A stretch of 64,000 bases of DNA from an uncultured Candidatus Rokubacteria bacterium (GTDB taxonomy: Bacteria; Methylomirabilota; Methylomirabilia; Rokubacteriales; CSP1-6), in contig CAWBMV010000012.1 of assembly GCA_963789955.1 (NCBI GenBank), positions 64,001-128,000 of the forward strand. Reading direction: 5' to 3'. The notes under the pieces were generated by a model. That model worked only from the letters and a program-made list of their open reading frames with translations. It was not told where the DNA came from and did not search any database. The position numbers and the translations under genes were made by a program. This document shows, piece by piece, positions 22,031 through 32,063 of the stretch. How positions within the stretch are numbered: the first letter of the stretch is position 1; each line of letters begins with the position of its first letter.

Positions 22031-22897
22031 TCAGGTCGGTAGGCCGAACAGCGAGGTCAGCCGCTGCGACTCGACCATGCTCGCCATCGCCTCGTCGGTC
22101 GGCCGGCGCTCGAAGCGGCTGGCCGCGTCGAGCACCTTGGGCAAGAGATTGAGATCGCCCGCGGTGTTCAGGAACACGCCGGGCATGCCGATCACGTAGT
22201 GCACGGCGCGGTCGATGTCGGCCTGGCTCTCGAGCGGCTGGTACCACGTCGAGTGCGTCTTGTCCGACGTGGCCCACGGGCCGCGCGCGATCGACTTGAT
22301 GATCTGCACGGCCACGTTGCGCTCGCGGCAGATCACCACGACCTCGTCGAAGGCCCGGCGGTAGCGCTCGTTCTCGGCCATGAAGAAGTTGTAGGGGAGC
22401 AGGACCGAATCGAAGTCGAAGCGCGCGAGACTGCGCCGGTGCATGGCGGCGATGGTCCAGCCGTGACCGGTCACGCCGATGAACCGTGTCAGCCCCTGCT
22501 GGCGGGCTTCGATCGCCGCTTCCAGCACGCCGCCCGGCCCCATCGCCAGATCCCAGTCGTCGGGATGACCGAGCGAGTGCAGCTGGATCAGATCGACGTG
22601 ATCGACGCGCAGCCGCTCGAGCGAGCGATGGATGTCGTCGCGGCCTTCCTTGGCCGTGCGCGAGCCGGTCTTGGTGGCCAGGAAGAAGTCTTTCCGATGG
22701 CGCGCCATCCACGGTCCGATGCGCAGCTCGGAGTCGCCGTAGCGCGCGGCGGTATCGATGTGGTTCACGCCGTAGCGGAGGAGCACGTCGAGGGCGCGGT
22801 CGGCGTCGGCCTGGCTCGCGCGCGCGAGCGCGGCGGCGCCGAAGAGCGTGACGCTGCTGAGGTGGCCGGTTCTGCCAAAGGGTCGCCGCTCGATCAT
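22031..22897 (-). CDS. Aldo/keto reductase
   Basis: [40 protein letters not shown]. Confidence 0.92.
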   Translation of the reverse strand: MIERRPFGRTGHLSSVTLFGAAALARASQADADRALDVLLRYGVNHIDTAARYGDSELRIGPWMARHRKDFFLATKTGSRTAKEGRDDIHRSLERLRVDHVDLIQLHSLGHPDDWDLAMGPGGVLEAAIEARQQGLTRFIGVTGHGWTIAAMHRRSLARFDFDSVLLPYNFFMAENERYRRAFDEVVVICRERNVAVQIIKSIARGPWATSDKTHSTWYQPLESQADIDRAVHYVIGMPGVFLNTAGDLNLLPKVLDAASRFERRPTDEAMASMVESQRLTSLFGLPT

Positions 22898-23002
22898 CAC
22901 TGGACCTCCCGCCGGTATATTACCCTTTCGTCGCATACGACGAAGGTCTGATACTCGCGGCGCGGTGGCTTTGCTATCAGGGCGGTCAAGGAGGAATCCA
23001 CG

Positions 23003-23381
23003 ATGAAGATATTCTCGATCGCAGCCCTGGTGTTGCTCGCTGCCGTCGTCGGCGGGATGTGGTGCCGCTCGAGAGGCTCAGCAGGCCGCGGCCAACGCGC
23101 CCACTGCGAATGTGGCTGGCACGTGGACGGGCAGTGCCGGAACCGGCGGTGTGTCCGCACCGATCACGCTGACCCTGTCGCAGACCGGGACCGATGTCTC
23201 GGGCAATATCACTGTCGGAGGGCGACCGGACCTCTCGGGTCCGGTCAAAGGGACGGTCCAGGGCGAGATCGTGAAGCTGTCCCTGCCAACCGTGACGCTC
23301 GGCCAGATGATCGCCAAGGACGGCACGATGAGCGGCGAGGTCTCGGGCGGGTTGCCGGCCACGCTTCGGCGCGTCCAGTAG
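23003..23381 (+). CDS. Small lipoprotein; frameshift near 23,056
   Basis: AAGGAGG SD; removing one G from ggcggga restores lipobox VVGG-C and joins [14 protein letters not shown] to the NVAGTWTG beta-rich domain. Confidence 0.7.
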
Positions 23382-23444
23382 GTTGGCCACCAGATGCGGC
23401 CGACGGGTCGACCGTCGGCCGCATCCCGAATCAGCCGAAGCGCG

Positions 23445-24380
23445 TTACCGCGGAGCCGGCGTGTATTTCCCGGTCAGCTGCGGCGTGGTGCCCTCGAGCT
23501 TCTTCTCCTGACGATCGAGTCGCGTCTCCCGCCCCCAGGTGCGCTTGAGATCGTCGCGGATATTGAAGCGGAGTCGGCCGAGCCCCTCGGTCTCGATCTC
23601 GATGCGGTCCCCGTTCTGGAACCCGCTGAGCCCGCGGTGATTCGTGCCGGTCGCGATGACGTCGCCGGGGTCGAGCGAGTGGATCGAGGTGACCCACTCG
23701 ATGCAGCGCGGGATCTTGTGGGCCATGTCGCTCGTGTTGTAGTTCTGCTTCAGCTCGCCGTTCACCCAGAGCTTGACTTGCAAATGGTGCGGATCGGCGA
23801 TCTCGTCCGCCGTCACGATGTACGGCCCCATCGGGCAGAAGGTGTCGCGCGACTTCATCTGGTAGAACGTGTTGCCGCTCGGCGGAAGACCGCGGGCCGA
23901 GCCGTCGATGAAGTTCGTGTAGCCGAAGATGTAGCTCATCGCCTGCCCGGCGCTGACCTGGGTCGCCTTCTTGCCGATGATCAGCGCCACCTCGGCCTCG
24001 CCCTCGAAGATCGTCGCGGGCACGTCGGGGAGCACCATCGTGTCGCCGTCGCCGATGACGGAGTTCGGGGACTTGTGGAACGCGTTGATCGGCGCCGGCT
24101 CGGAGCGCGTGCCGTCTTCCATGTAGTTCACGGCCATCGCGACGATGTTGTAGGGCTTCGGCAGGGGAGGCCTGATCTTGACCTGACCGACCGGCTTGCC
24201 CTGGCCCTTCGCCGCGGCGCCTTCCAGGCGCGCCTTGTAGTCGGCGAACCGTTCGATCAACCCGGTTATTAAGTCATGCGGCCCGGTATGCGGAATGTCT
24301 TTCACCGCGTCCGATACGTCGACGACGGCGTCGCCCTTGAGCACTCCCAGCCTGAAATCGTCGAAGAAGAGCAGCTTCAT
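23445..24380 (-). CDS. Fumarylacetoacetate hydrolase family protein
   Basis: AVNY, FHKS, EGEAE, KSRDTFCPMGP, PGDVIATGT. Confidence 0.92.
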   Translation of the reverse strand: MKLLFFDDFRLGVLKGDAVVDVSDAVKDIPHTGPHDLITGLIERFADYKARLEGAAAKGQGKPVGQVKIRPPLPKPYNIVAMAVNYMEDGTRSEPAPINAFHKSPNSVIGDGDTMVLPDVPATIFEGEAEVALIIGKKATQVSAGQAMSYIFGYTNFIDGSARGLPPSGNTFYQMKSRDTFCPMGPYIVTADEIADPHHLQVKLWVNGELKQNYNTSDMAHKIPRCIEWVTSIHSLDPGDVIATGTNHRGLSGFQNGDRIEIETEGLGRLRFNIRDDLKRTWGRETRLDRQEKKLEGTTPQLTGKYTPAPR

Positions 24381-24554
24381 GGTCCCCTCCCGCGGGTTGG
24401 TCTGACGCCAGGACTATAGCAGCGTTCGCGTTGACCGGCCGGGGGTCCTGGCTTAGCCTTCTCCCGGCGGCCATCCCGCTGCCAGGGAACGCAGTGTACG
24501 CTCTCGTACCGACCGAGCGCCAGATGACAGGAGAAAGGATCCGGACAGGCCGAC

Positions 24555-25335
24555 ATGATCTTCAACTTCGTCGTTCTACTCATTGCGCTCGGCGCTCTTC
24601 GTCGGGATGGTGGCGCTTCTGGAGGTCGGCCGACGGATCGGCATCCATCGGGCGCGGAAGGATCCGGAGGGGGCTCGGGAGGGCGTCGGCGCGGCGGAAG
24701 GGGCGATCTTTGCGCTGCTCGGGCTGCTGATCGCGTTCACCTTCTCGGGGGCCGTGGGGCGTTTCGACAACCGCCGGAATTTGATCGTCGAGGAAGCCAA
24801 CGCGATCGGCACGGCCTATCTACGGGTCGACATGGTCGCGCCCGACCTGCAGCCCGCGCTTCGCGACACCTTCCGCCGCTACCTGACCGCGCGACTCGAC
24901 GTCTATCGAAAGATCCCGGACATGGCCGCCGTGGAGGCTGCGCTCGCCGAAGTGAATCGTTTGCAGAAGGACATCTGGGGCCAGGCGGTCGTGGCCAGTC
25001 GCGCGCCGGGCTCTCACCCGAACGTCACGATGCTGCTCCTGCCGGCGCTGAATGCCATGATCGACATCGCGACCACCCGGACGACGGCCGCGCGCATGCA
25101 CCCGCCGGTGATCATCTTCGCGATGCTCGTGGCGCTCGCGCTGGCCGCCGCGCTCCTGGCTGGACACGGCATGTCGAAGGCGAAGACGCGCAGCTGGACC
25201 CACGTCGTGGCCCTGGCGGCCGCGATGGCCGTCGCCCTCTACGTCATTCTCGAGATCGAGTACCCGCGGCTCGGGTTCATCCGCGTCGACGCCTTCGACG
25301 AGGTCCTCGTAGATCTTCGAGACATCATGAAGTGA
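24555..25335 (+). CDS. Membrane protein, DUF4239/bestrophin-like; frameshift near 24,590
   Basis: FALLGLLIAFTFSGA..RF..RR.LIVEEANAIGTAYLR, EIEYPRLGFIRV. Confidence 0.8.
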
Positions 25336-25364
25336 GGTCGGACGCCGGCCGCCGCGGCGTGCCG

Positions 25365-26025
25365 TCAGAACCGGTAGCGGATGCCCGCCTCGAGGATGTT
25401 CGAGCCGCTGTGCCCGAACAAGCCCCAGACCCCCGAGCGGTGATGGATTCGGGTCACGAGGCTCCAGGGCGATTCCGGGATGGCGAAGGTGACCTCGAGG
25501 AGGATGTAGTTGAGCAGCTGCTCGGGCTGGGTGTTCGCAGGATCGGCTTTCTCGAGCGCGGGAATCTCGGTCGCCCACGAGAGGCCTTCGCCGACGGCCG
25601 CCGTCGTCTCGATGTACTTGTTCCACGGGAACACGACCCACCGGAGGTTCACGGAACCCGTGAATTCCCAGTTGTCCTGGTCGCCGAAGTGCTTGTAGAC
25701 CTGAAGCTCGAGCTCTCCAGGCGCATGAATCGCGTCCACTCCGCGAACTGCTTCGACACCGAGACCCCGAACGTGTACGAGTCCTTCAGCTCCAGGTGCA
25801 TCGGAATCGCGAGGAGCTGACTGCCCGAATACACGCCGCCAACCACCGCCATGAACCACGGATTCGTCGATGAGCTCCGGGGCCGCCGCGGAGTGGCTCC
25901 TGGGTCGTCGCGGATGGCTCCTGGGCCGCCACGGGTGGTGGAACGAGCGCCGTCCCGACGAGGACGAGGACGATCAGGATGTGATCGACAGAGTTTGCCG
26001 CGCATCGTTGGTCGGTTTCGCGCAT
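25365..26025 (-). CDS. Outer-membrane beta-barrel protein (PagL/acyloxyacyl hydrolase-like); frameshift near 25,715
   Basis: Signal peptide, GEGLSWA, RIHHRSG, GSN, terminal GIRYRF beta-signal; start uncertain. Confidence 0.7.
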
Positions 26026-26047
26026 CGTATCGGTCTCGCGCATCGTA
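26012..26047. repeat. 18-bp tandem direct repeat, two copies
   Basis: tcggtttcgcgcatcgta / tcggtctcgcgcatcgta, 17 of 18 identical. Confidence 0.85.
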
Positions 26048-26133
26048 GCAGAAGCCGGTCGGCGATGGCGGCATGCCCTCGACTGGACAAAGGTCGTCGG
26101 CCGCGCCCTATCCTCGCCCGACGGGAGGAACGT

Positions 26134-27183
26134 ATGCAGGGACGGGTCGCGGTCTCGCTTCGAATTCCAGGCACTTCGCCGATGCCGGAGCTGATCCGGC
26201 TGATCCAGGACGTCGAGACGGCCGGTTTCGACGGCGCCGGCATCCTCGACAGCCAGCTCCTCTGCCGCGACACGTTCGTGACGCTCGGCCAGGCCGCGAC
26301 CCAGACGTCGCGCCTGACGTTGTTCCCGGCGGTGACCAATCCATTCTCGCGTCACGTCTCGGTGCTGGCGGGCGCGATCCAGACCGTGGCCGAGCTCGCG
26401 CCCGGCCGCACCAAGGTCGTGATCGGCACGGGGTACACGTCGGCGAGCACGATCGGCCGCAAGCCGGCCACGCTCGCTGAGATGCGCGCCTGTATCGAGG
26501 ATCTGCGGCAGCTACTCGCCGGCGAGGCCGTCGACTTCGACGGCACACCCGGCCGGCTCGCGTATGCCACGGGCCGACCGGTGTCGCTCCTGATGGCGGC
26601 GTCGGGACCCAAGGCCATCGAGCTCGCGGGCGAGGTGGCCGACGGCGTGATGCTGCTGGTCGGCTTTCATCGCGGCATCGTCGACGCCGTGCTGACGCAC
26701 CTCGAGCGGGGCGCGCGCCGCAGCGGGCGCCGCCTCGAGGATCTCGAGATCGTATGGGCGGTCCGCACGGGCATGGCGGCGACGATGGCCGAGGCGCATC
26801 GACAGGCGCGCCCGACCGTCGTGCATCAGGGCATCATGCGCGTGCACTCGCGGTGGCTCGAGCACACGAAGCTGTCCATCCCGCACTTCGACATTCCGCC
26901 GAGCGTCTACAAGATCTATCCCGATCTCTCGCACGCGCAGGACTGGGACGAGGCCATCGCCGCGACCGCGTTCGTTCCCGACGAGGTCATCGCGCAGCTC
27001 TGCGATGCGCTCGGGCTGATGGGCACGCCGGAGCACTGCGCCCGCCGCATCATCGACCTGACCGCCGCCGGCGTGAAGAGCCTCTACATCATGCCGCTGC
27101 AGACCTTCGTCGGCCCCGAGCAGGAGATCCGCTCGTTCCGCGACGCGGTGTTCCCCGCGTTGAAGGCCGCCGGCTACCGATGA
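26134..27183 (+). CDS. Luciferase-like (LLM) flavin-dependent oxidoreductase, Mer-like
   Basis: GGAGG SD; DSQLL, VTNP, AASGPKAIELAGEVADG. Confidence 0.9.
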   Translation: MQGRVAVSLRIPGTSPMPELIRLIQDVETAGFDGAGILDSQLLCRDTFVTLGQAATQTSRLTLFPAVTNPFSRHVSVLAGAIQTVAELAPGRTKVVIGTGYTSASTIGRKPATLAEMRACIEDLRQLLAGEAVDFDGTPGRLAYATGRPVSLLMAASGPKAIELAGEVADGVMLLVGFHRGIVDAVLTHLERGARRSGRRLEDLEIVWAVRTGMAATMAEAHRQARPTVVHQGIMRVHSRWLEHTKLSIPHFDIPPSVYKIYPDLSHAQDWDEAIAATAFVPDEVIAQLCDALGLMGTPEHCARRIIDLTAAGVKSLYIMPLQTFVGPEQEIRSFRDAVFPALKAAGYR

Positions 27184-27956
27184 ACGCCGGCAAGCTTCAG
27201 GGCAGGGTCGCGCTCGTCACCGGGGCCAGCCGGAACATCGGCCGCGCCATCGCGCTCGCGTTCGCGGCCGAGGGCGCGGACCTCGTGCTGAACACGCGCG
27301 TGAACGGCGAGGAGCTCGAGGCGGTGGCGGGCGAGTGCCGGAAGGCCGGCGTGCGCGCCGTCACCGCGCTCGGCGACGTCGGCGATCCGGCAGTCTGCCA
27401 GACGATGGTCGAGCGCGGCCTGTCCGAGCTCGGGGCCGTCGACGTCCTCGTGTGCAACGCGGCGATCCGGCCGCACAAGTCCGTCACCGAAACGACGGTC
27501 GAGGAATGGCACCACGTGCTCGGCGTCAACCTCCACTCGGCGTTCTATCTGGCGCGCGCGGCGGTCCCAGGGATGAAGGAGCGCCGCCGCGGGAGCATCA
27601 TCGCGCTCGGCGGGATGTCGAGCCTCACCGGCCGGCCGAATACCGCGGTCGTGACGGTGGCCAAGACCGGGCTCCTCGGCTTCGTGCGCGCGCTCGCCGC
27701 CGAGCTCGGGCCGTTCGGCATTCGCGTGAACATGGTGATGCCGGGGTTCATCGACACCGAGCGGCGCCACGCCGAGTGGTATCCGGAGTTTCGTCAGGCG
27801 CCGCCGGGCTCGGCGGAAGAGCTCGCGAAGATCCCGCTCCGTCGTCTCGGCCGGCCCGAGGACATCGCGGAGGCGTGCGTGTTCCTCGCCTCCGACGCGT
27901 CGTCCTACGTCACCGGGGACTCGATCCGGGTGATGGGCGGACGGGTCATCGGCTGA
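27180..27956 (+). CDS. Short-chain dehydrogenase/reductase with atypical catalytic motif
   Basis: TGASRNIG, CNAA, PGFIDT, VTGDSI; VTVAK in place of YxxxK; ATGA overlap. Confidence 0.9.
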   Translation: MNAGKLQGRVALVTGASRNIGRAIALAFAAEGADLVLNTRVNGEELEAVAGECRKAGVRAVTALGDVGDPAVCQTMVERGLSELGAVDVLVCNAAIRPHKSVTETTVEEWHHVLGVNLHSAFYLARAAVPGMKERRRGSIIALGGMSSLTGRPNTAVVTVAKTGLLGFVRALAAELGPFGIRVNMVMPGFIDTERRHAEWYPEFRQAPPGSAEELAKIPLRRLGRPEDIAEACVFLASDASSYVTGDSIRVMGGRVIG

Positions 27957-27969
27957 CGATCGGCTCGGT

Positions 27970-28344
27970 TCACGTCGCGCGGCAAACCAGCCGCTTCAGG
28001 TAGCCCTCGACGAGTGGACCCCAGCGATCCGGGCGTCGCCAGATGAAGTGCCCACCGAACTCCGGCGGCAGCTCGTGGAACGCGCCGCGCCCGCCGGCCG
28101 TTTCAAACGCGGCGAAGTTCGCTCGGCTGTGGGAGAGCGAGCCGTGATTGAAGACCAATGTGGGCGAGGGGACTGGCCCCGCCGGCGTGTAGACGCGCAT
28201 TTCCAGGCGCACGCGCTCGCCGTCGACGGTGACCGGCACCATCCGCGCTTCCTGCGCGTGCGAGGCTCCCGTCAGCATCACCACCGCCAGGGAGATCAGG
28301 GCGGCGCCGCGGCCGAGCGCGAGGAGGCGAATCGACTGTGGCAT
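27970..28344 (-). pseudogene. Secreted dienelactone-hydrolase-like protein with in-frame internal deletion
   Basis: Signal peptide and PTLVFNHGS joined directly to C-terminal-like SHSRANFAAF..GGHF..W; no nucleophile elbow. Confidence 0.6.
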
Positions 28345-28376
28345 TATTGGCCGACCCATCCTACCCGGAGGTGACC

Positions 28377-29918
28377 ATGAGCCGCTCGATCATTCGGCTT
28401 GGCATCGTCCTGACCTGCCTCGTCTTGTTCGGAGTCTCTCGTCCGGCGGCGGCCGCGCCGGAAGGCACCGTGACGTGGGGTGTGCACATCACCCTGGCGT
28501 CGCGCTGGCTCGACCCGGCGGAGACCGAAGGCATCATCACGCCGTTCATGTTCCTCTACGCGCTGCACGACGCGGTCGTGAAGCCGATGCCGGCGGGATG
28601 GAATACGCCGAGCCTGGCCGAGTCGTGGAGTCAATCGAAGGACGGGCTCACGTACGAGTTCGTCCTGCGCAAGGGCGTCAAGTTCCACAACGGCGATCCG
28701 GTGACGGCGGAGGACGTGAAGTTCTCGTACGACCGCTATCGGGGCGCCGGCGTCAAGCTGCTCAAGGACCGGGTCCGCGAGGTTCAGGTCGTCGATCCCG
28801 GGCGCATCCGGTTCGTGCTCAAGGAGCCGTGGCCGGACTTCATGACCTTCTACGGCACGTCGGCGACCGGCGCGGGCTGGGTCGTGCCCAAGAAGTACGT
28901 CGAGAAGGTCGGCGACGACGGCTTCAAGAAGGCGCCGATCGGCGCCGGGCCCTACAAGTTCGTGAGCTTCAACCCGGGCGTGGAGCTCGTGCTGGAGGCC
29001 TACGAGGGCTACTGGCGCAAGACGCCGAGCATCAAGCGGCTCGTGCTCCGCAGCTTGCCCGAGGAGACGACGCGGGCGGCCGCGCTCAAGAACGGTGAGG
29101 TCGACATCGCCTATCTGTTTACCGGCCCCGTCGCCGAAGACATTCGACGCACGCCCGGGCTCAAGCTCACGGCGCCGAGCCAGTCGAGCGGCGTCTTCTG
29201 GCTCGACATGCCCGATCAATGGGATCCGAAATCGCCGTGGCACGACCGCCGCGTGCGTCTGGCGGCCAGCCACGCGATCGATCGCGCGGCGCTCAACCAG
29301 GCCGAGACGCTCGGGCTCTCGAAGCCGACCGGCGGTCTCATCCCGCGCGCCTTCGAGTTCTCGAAGTCGTTCGAGCCGCCCGCCTTCGATCCGGCTCGGG
29401 CCAAGCAGCTCATGGCCGAAGCGGGCTATCCCAACGGCTTCGACGCCGGCGACTTCTATCCGTGGCCGCCGTACACGGCGATGGGGGAAGCGCTGGCCTC
29501 GTATCTCCAGGCGATCGGTATCAAGTCGCGGATCCGCGTCATGGAGCGAGCGACCCTCACGACGGCGTGGCGCGAGAAGAAGCTCAAGAACCTGATCGTG
29601 GGCATCACGGGCGCGGCCGGCAACGCGGCGACGCGGCTCGAGGCGTACGTGAGCCGGGAGGGCGCCTACACCGCGGGGGTCATTCCCGAAGTCGAGGATC
29701 TATTCCAGCGTCAGGCGCGCGAGGTCGACGTGAAGCGGCGCGAGGCGCTGATCCATCAGATCCAGCAGATCCTGTTCGACCGGGTGACGTACGTCCCGAT
29801 CTACGAGCTGGCGTTCACCTGGGGGATCGGTCCCCGGCTCGAGGAGCCCGGCATCAGCTTGATCCGGGGCTACGCGTACTCGGCGCCGTACGAGGATCTG
29901 AAGCTCAAGAAGCCCTAG
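28377..29918 (+). CDS. ABC peptide-type substrate-binding protein (family 5), stand-alone
   Basis: GGAGGT SD; LAESWSQSKDGLTYEFVLRKGVKFHNGDP, PIGAGPY. Confidence 0.93.
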   Translation: MSRSIIRLGIVLTCLVLFGVSRPAAAAPEGTVTWGVHITLASRWLDPAETEGIITPFMFLYALHDAVVKPMPAGWNTPSLAESWSQSKDGLTYEFVLRKGVKFHNGDPVTAEDVKFSYDRYRGAGVKLLKDRVREVQVVDPGRIRFVLKEPWPDFMTFYGTSATGAGWVVPKKYVEKVGDDGFKKAPIGAGPYKFVSFNPGVELVLEAYEGYWRKTPSIKRLVLRSLPEETTRAAALKNGEVDIAYLFTGPVAEDIRRTPGLKLTAPSQSSGVFWLDMPDQWDPKSPWHDRRVRLAASHAIDRAALNQAETLGLSKPTGGLIPRAFEFSKSFEPPAFDPARAKQLMAEAGYPNGFDAGDFYPWPPYTAMGEALASYLQAIGIKSRIRVMERATLTTAWREKKLKNLIVGITGAAGNAATRLEAYVSREGAYTAGVIPEVEDLFQRQAREVDVKRREALIHQIQQILFDRVTYVPIYELAFTWGIGPRLEEPGISLIRGYAYSAPYEDLKLKKP

Positions 29919-30730
29919 AAGGCCAGGAACTCCTTGAGCGCGGCGAGGACGGCCTCGGGGTTGTCCTCGTGGAGCGTGTGGACGGCCCGGGGAATCTCGA
30001 CGAAGCGGCCGCGCGGGAGTTCCTTGCCCATTCGCTCGGCGACGTCGCGGTCCAGCACGGTGCTGCTCTCGCCGCGGAGCACGAGCGTCGGCGCCGTGAT
30101 CGATTTCAGGACGGCCCACCAGTCGATGTCGAGCTGGGACCGCCGCTCCTTGACGCTCGGATGCCAGGCCCACACGAGGGCGCCGTCGGCGCGCTGGCGC
30201 AGGCTCGTGCTCGCGACCCATCGGTAGTAGTGGATGCCCGGATTCGGGTTGCCGCGGTAGAGGTGCTGCGCCGCCTGCTCGATGCTGTCCCACGTCGCGG
30301 GCTCCGGCGGTCCGGCCGGCGCGGCCGCGGCGCGCTTGCTGATCTCCGGGCCGATGTCGACGATGACGAGCTTCTGCACGAGCTCGGGTCGCTTCGACGT
30401 GAAGTAGATCGCGTTGCGGCCGCCCATCGACAGGCCGACCAGCACGAGCGATTTGAGACCGAGCTCGCCGATGACACCGCTGATGTCGTCGAAGGCCACG
30501 GCCGGGTTGTAGACCTCGGCGGGATCGCTGTCGCCGTGTCCGCGCTGGTCGAGGGCGTAGACGTGGAAGTGCGGCTGGAGCGCGATGCTGAGCGTGTCCC
30601 ACGCGTGCGCGTGCCCCGTGAAGCCGTGCAGGAGGAGCAGCGGCGTTCGGCCCTCGCCGCCCCAGTCGAGCAGGTGGAGGCGGAGACCCTTGACGGAGAA
30701 GCTGCGATCGATCGGCCGCAGGAGGTTCAT
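29915..30730 (-). CDS. Alpha/beta hydrolase
   Basis: LLHGF, DQRGHGDS, GLSMGG, C-terminal HTLH. Confidence 0.9.
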   Translation of the reverse strand: MNLLRPIDRSFSVKGLRLHLLDWGGEGRTPLLLLHGFTGHAHAWDTLSIALQPHFHVYALDQRGHGDSDPAEVYNPAVAFDDISGVIGELGLKSLVLVGLSMGGRNAIYFTSKRPELVQKLVIVDIGPEISKRAAAAPAGPPEPATWDSIEQAAQHLYRGNPNPGIHYYRWVASTSLRQRADGALVWAWHPSVKERRSQLDIDWWAVLKSITAPTLVLRGESSTVLDRDVAERMGKELPRGRFVEIPRAVHTLHEDNPEAVLAALKEFLAF

Positions 30731-30865
30731 GGCCACCTTATCGCGCGCTTCGGGTCCGGAATCAAGCGCGCGGCGCAAATGTCCTGGCTTTTCGGGGACC
30801 CCTGGCGTAACCTGCCTGGACAGGTACAGGAACCGGGCTCGAACCACCTCCAGAGGAGACACGGC

Positions 30866-31291
30866 ATGCCGAAGATCAAGCACATCGCCCTCTCGACGCA
30901 GGACGTGGACAAGACCGCAAAGTTCTACATCGACGTGTTCGGCATGAAGGAAATCGCCAAGATCGACAGCCCGGGCGCTCGGGGCTACTACCTGAGCGAC
31001 GGTGATCTCAACCTGGCGATCCTGAACTTCAAGAACGACGCGGTCGCCGGCGTCGAGCGCGGCGCGGGCTGGAGCGGCATCCACCACATCGGCTTCCAGG
31101 TCGAGAGCCTGGAGGCGATCACCGAGCGGCTGAAGAATGCCGGATCCGAGCCCCGCGAGGACATCAACAAGGCCCTCGGCGTCGGGCAGCACGGCAATCG
31201 GTACGGCAACGTCGAGGTGAAGTACACCGGGCCCGACGGCGTGACGGTGGACGTCTCCGAGACCGGCTGGGTCGGCACCTCCGGACTGTAA
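30866..31291 (+). CDS. VOC/glyoxalase family protein
   Basis: IKHIAL, IHHIGF, GPDGVTVD; GAGGAG SD. Confidence 0.9.
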   Translation: MPKIKHIALSTQDVDKTAKFYIDVFGMKEIAKIDSPGARGYYLSDGDLNLAILNFKNDAVAGVERGAGWSGIHHIGFQVESLEAITERLKNAGSEPREDINKALGVGQHGNRYGNVEVKYTGPDGVTVDVSETGWVGTSGL

Positions 31292-31326
31292 CCGCCGCGC
31301 GGCGCGCGCCGCGCAGTCTGCCATCC

Positions 31327-31360
31327 AAGCGGGGGAGCGAGATCGCTCCCCCGCTTTTTT
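31327..31360 (+). terminator. Intrinsic terminator
   Basis: aagcgggggagcga-ga-tcgctcccccgctt perfect inverted repeat ending in T6. Confidence 0.9.
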
Positions 31361-31409
31361 GTCCGCCGCGGCCAGACGGCCGATTCCACCATAGAGTATT
31401 ATGTTCGCT

Positions 31410-32063
31410 ATGGCGGATTCGGCTGCGCAGGGCACGCCGCGGCTGTCCTCTGGGCTCGACATGGCCGGGCTCGGCGCCCGCCTTCGCCTCGAGCGGCTTC
31501 GCCGCCACCTCTCGCTGCAGGATCTGGAAACGCGCACGGGCGTGAGCCGGAGCATGCTCTCGGAGGTGGAGCGGGGGAGCAAGGTGCCGACCGTCCTGGT
31601 GCTGGATCGCATCGCCACCGGGCTCGACACCAGCATCGCCCGGCTGCTCGGCGACGAGCGCGCGGCGCGCGTGGTGGTGTTGCGGCGCGGCGAGCACGAT
31701 ACCGCGTACGACCCGTCGGGCTGGGAGCGGCGGATCCTGTCGCCCGTGCTGCCGGGTGTGGAGTTCGAGCTCATGCGCACGACCATCCCCGGCGGGGTCG
31801 ATGCCGGTGAGTTCGACCCGCACGCCCCGGGCTCGCGCGAGTACCTCGCGATGGAGCGCGGCACCCTGCGCCTGACGCTCGACGGTGTGGAGCACATCCT
31901 TCGTGCGGGCGACAGCATCTACTACGCCGGCGACTGCCGGCACGCGTTCGCCAACGGCGGACGCGAGCTCTGCGTCTACTACCTGGCGATGGAGCTCGGC
32001 CGCCATCGCGCTCCGGAACACCCGCGCCGCCGGAAACAGGGCGGCAGGAGACGAAGGCGATGA
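31410..32063 (+). CDS. XRE-family HTH + cupin transcriptional regulator (SutR/PuuR-like)
   Basis: SLQDL..TGVSRSMLSEVERG..P, HAPGSRE, GDSIYY..H. Confidence 0.92.
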   Translation: MADSAAQGTPRLSSGLDMAGLGARLRLERLRRHLSLQDLETRTGVSRSMLSEVERGSKVPTVLVLDRIATGLDTSIARLLGDERAARVVVLRRGEHDTAYDPSGWERRILSPVLPGVEFELMRTTIPGGVDAGEFDPHAPGSREYLAMERGTLRLTLDGVEHILRAGDSIYYAGDCRHAFANGGRELCVYYLAMELGRHRAPEHPRRRKQGGRRRRR

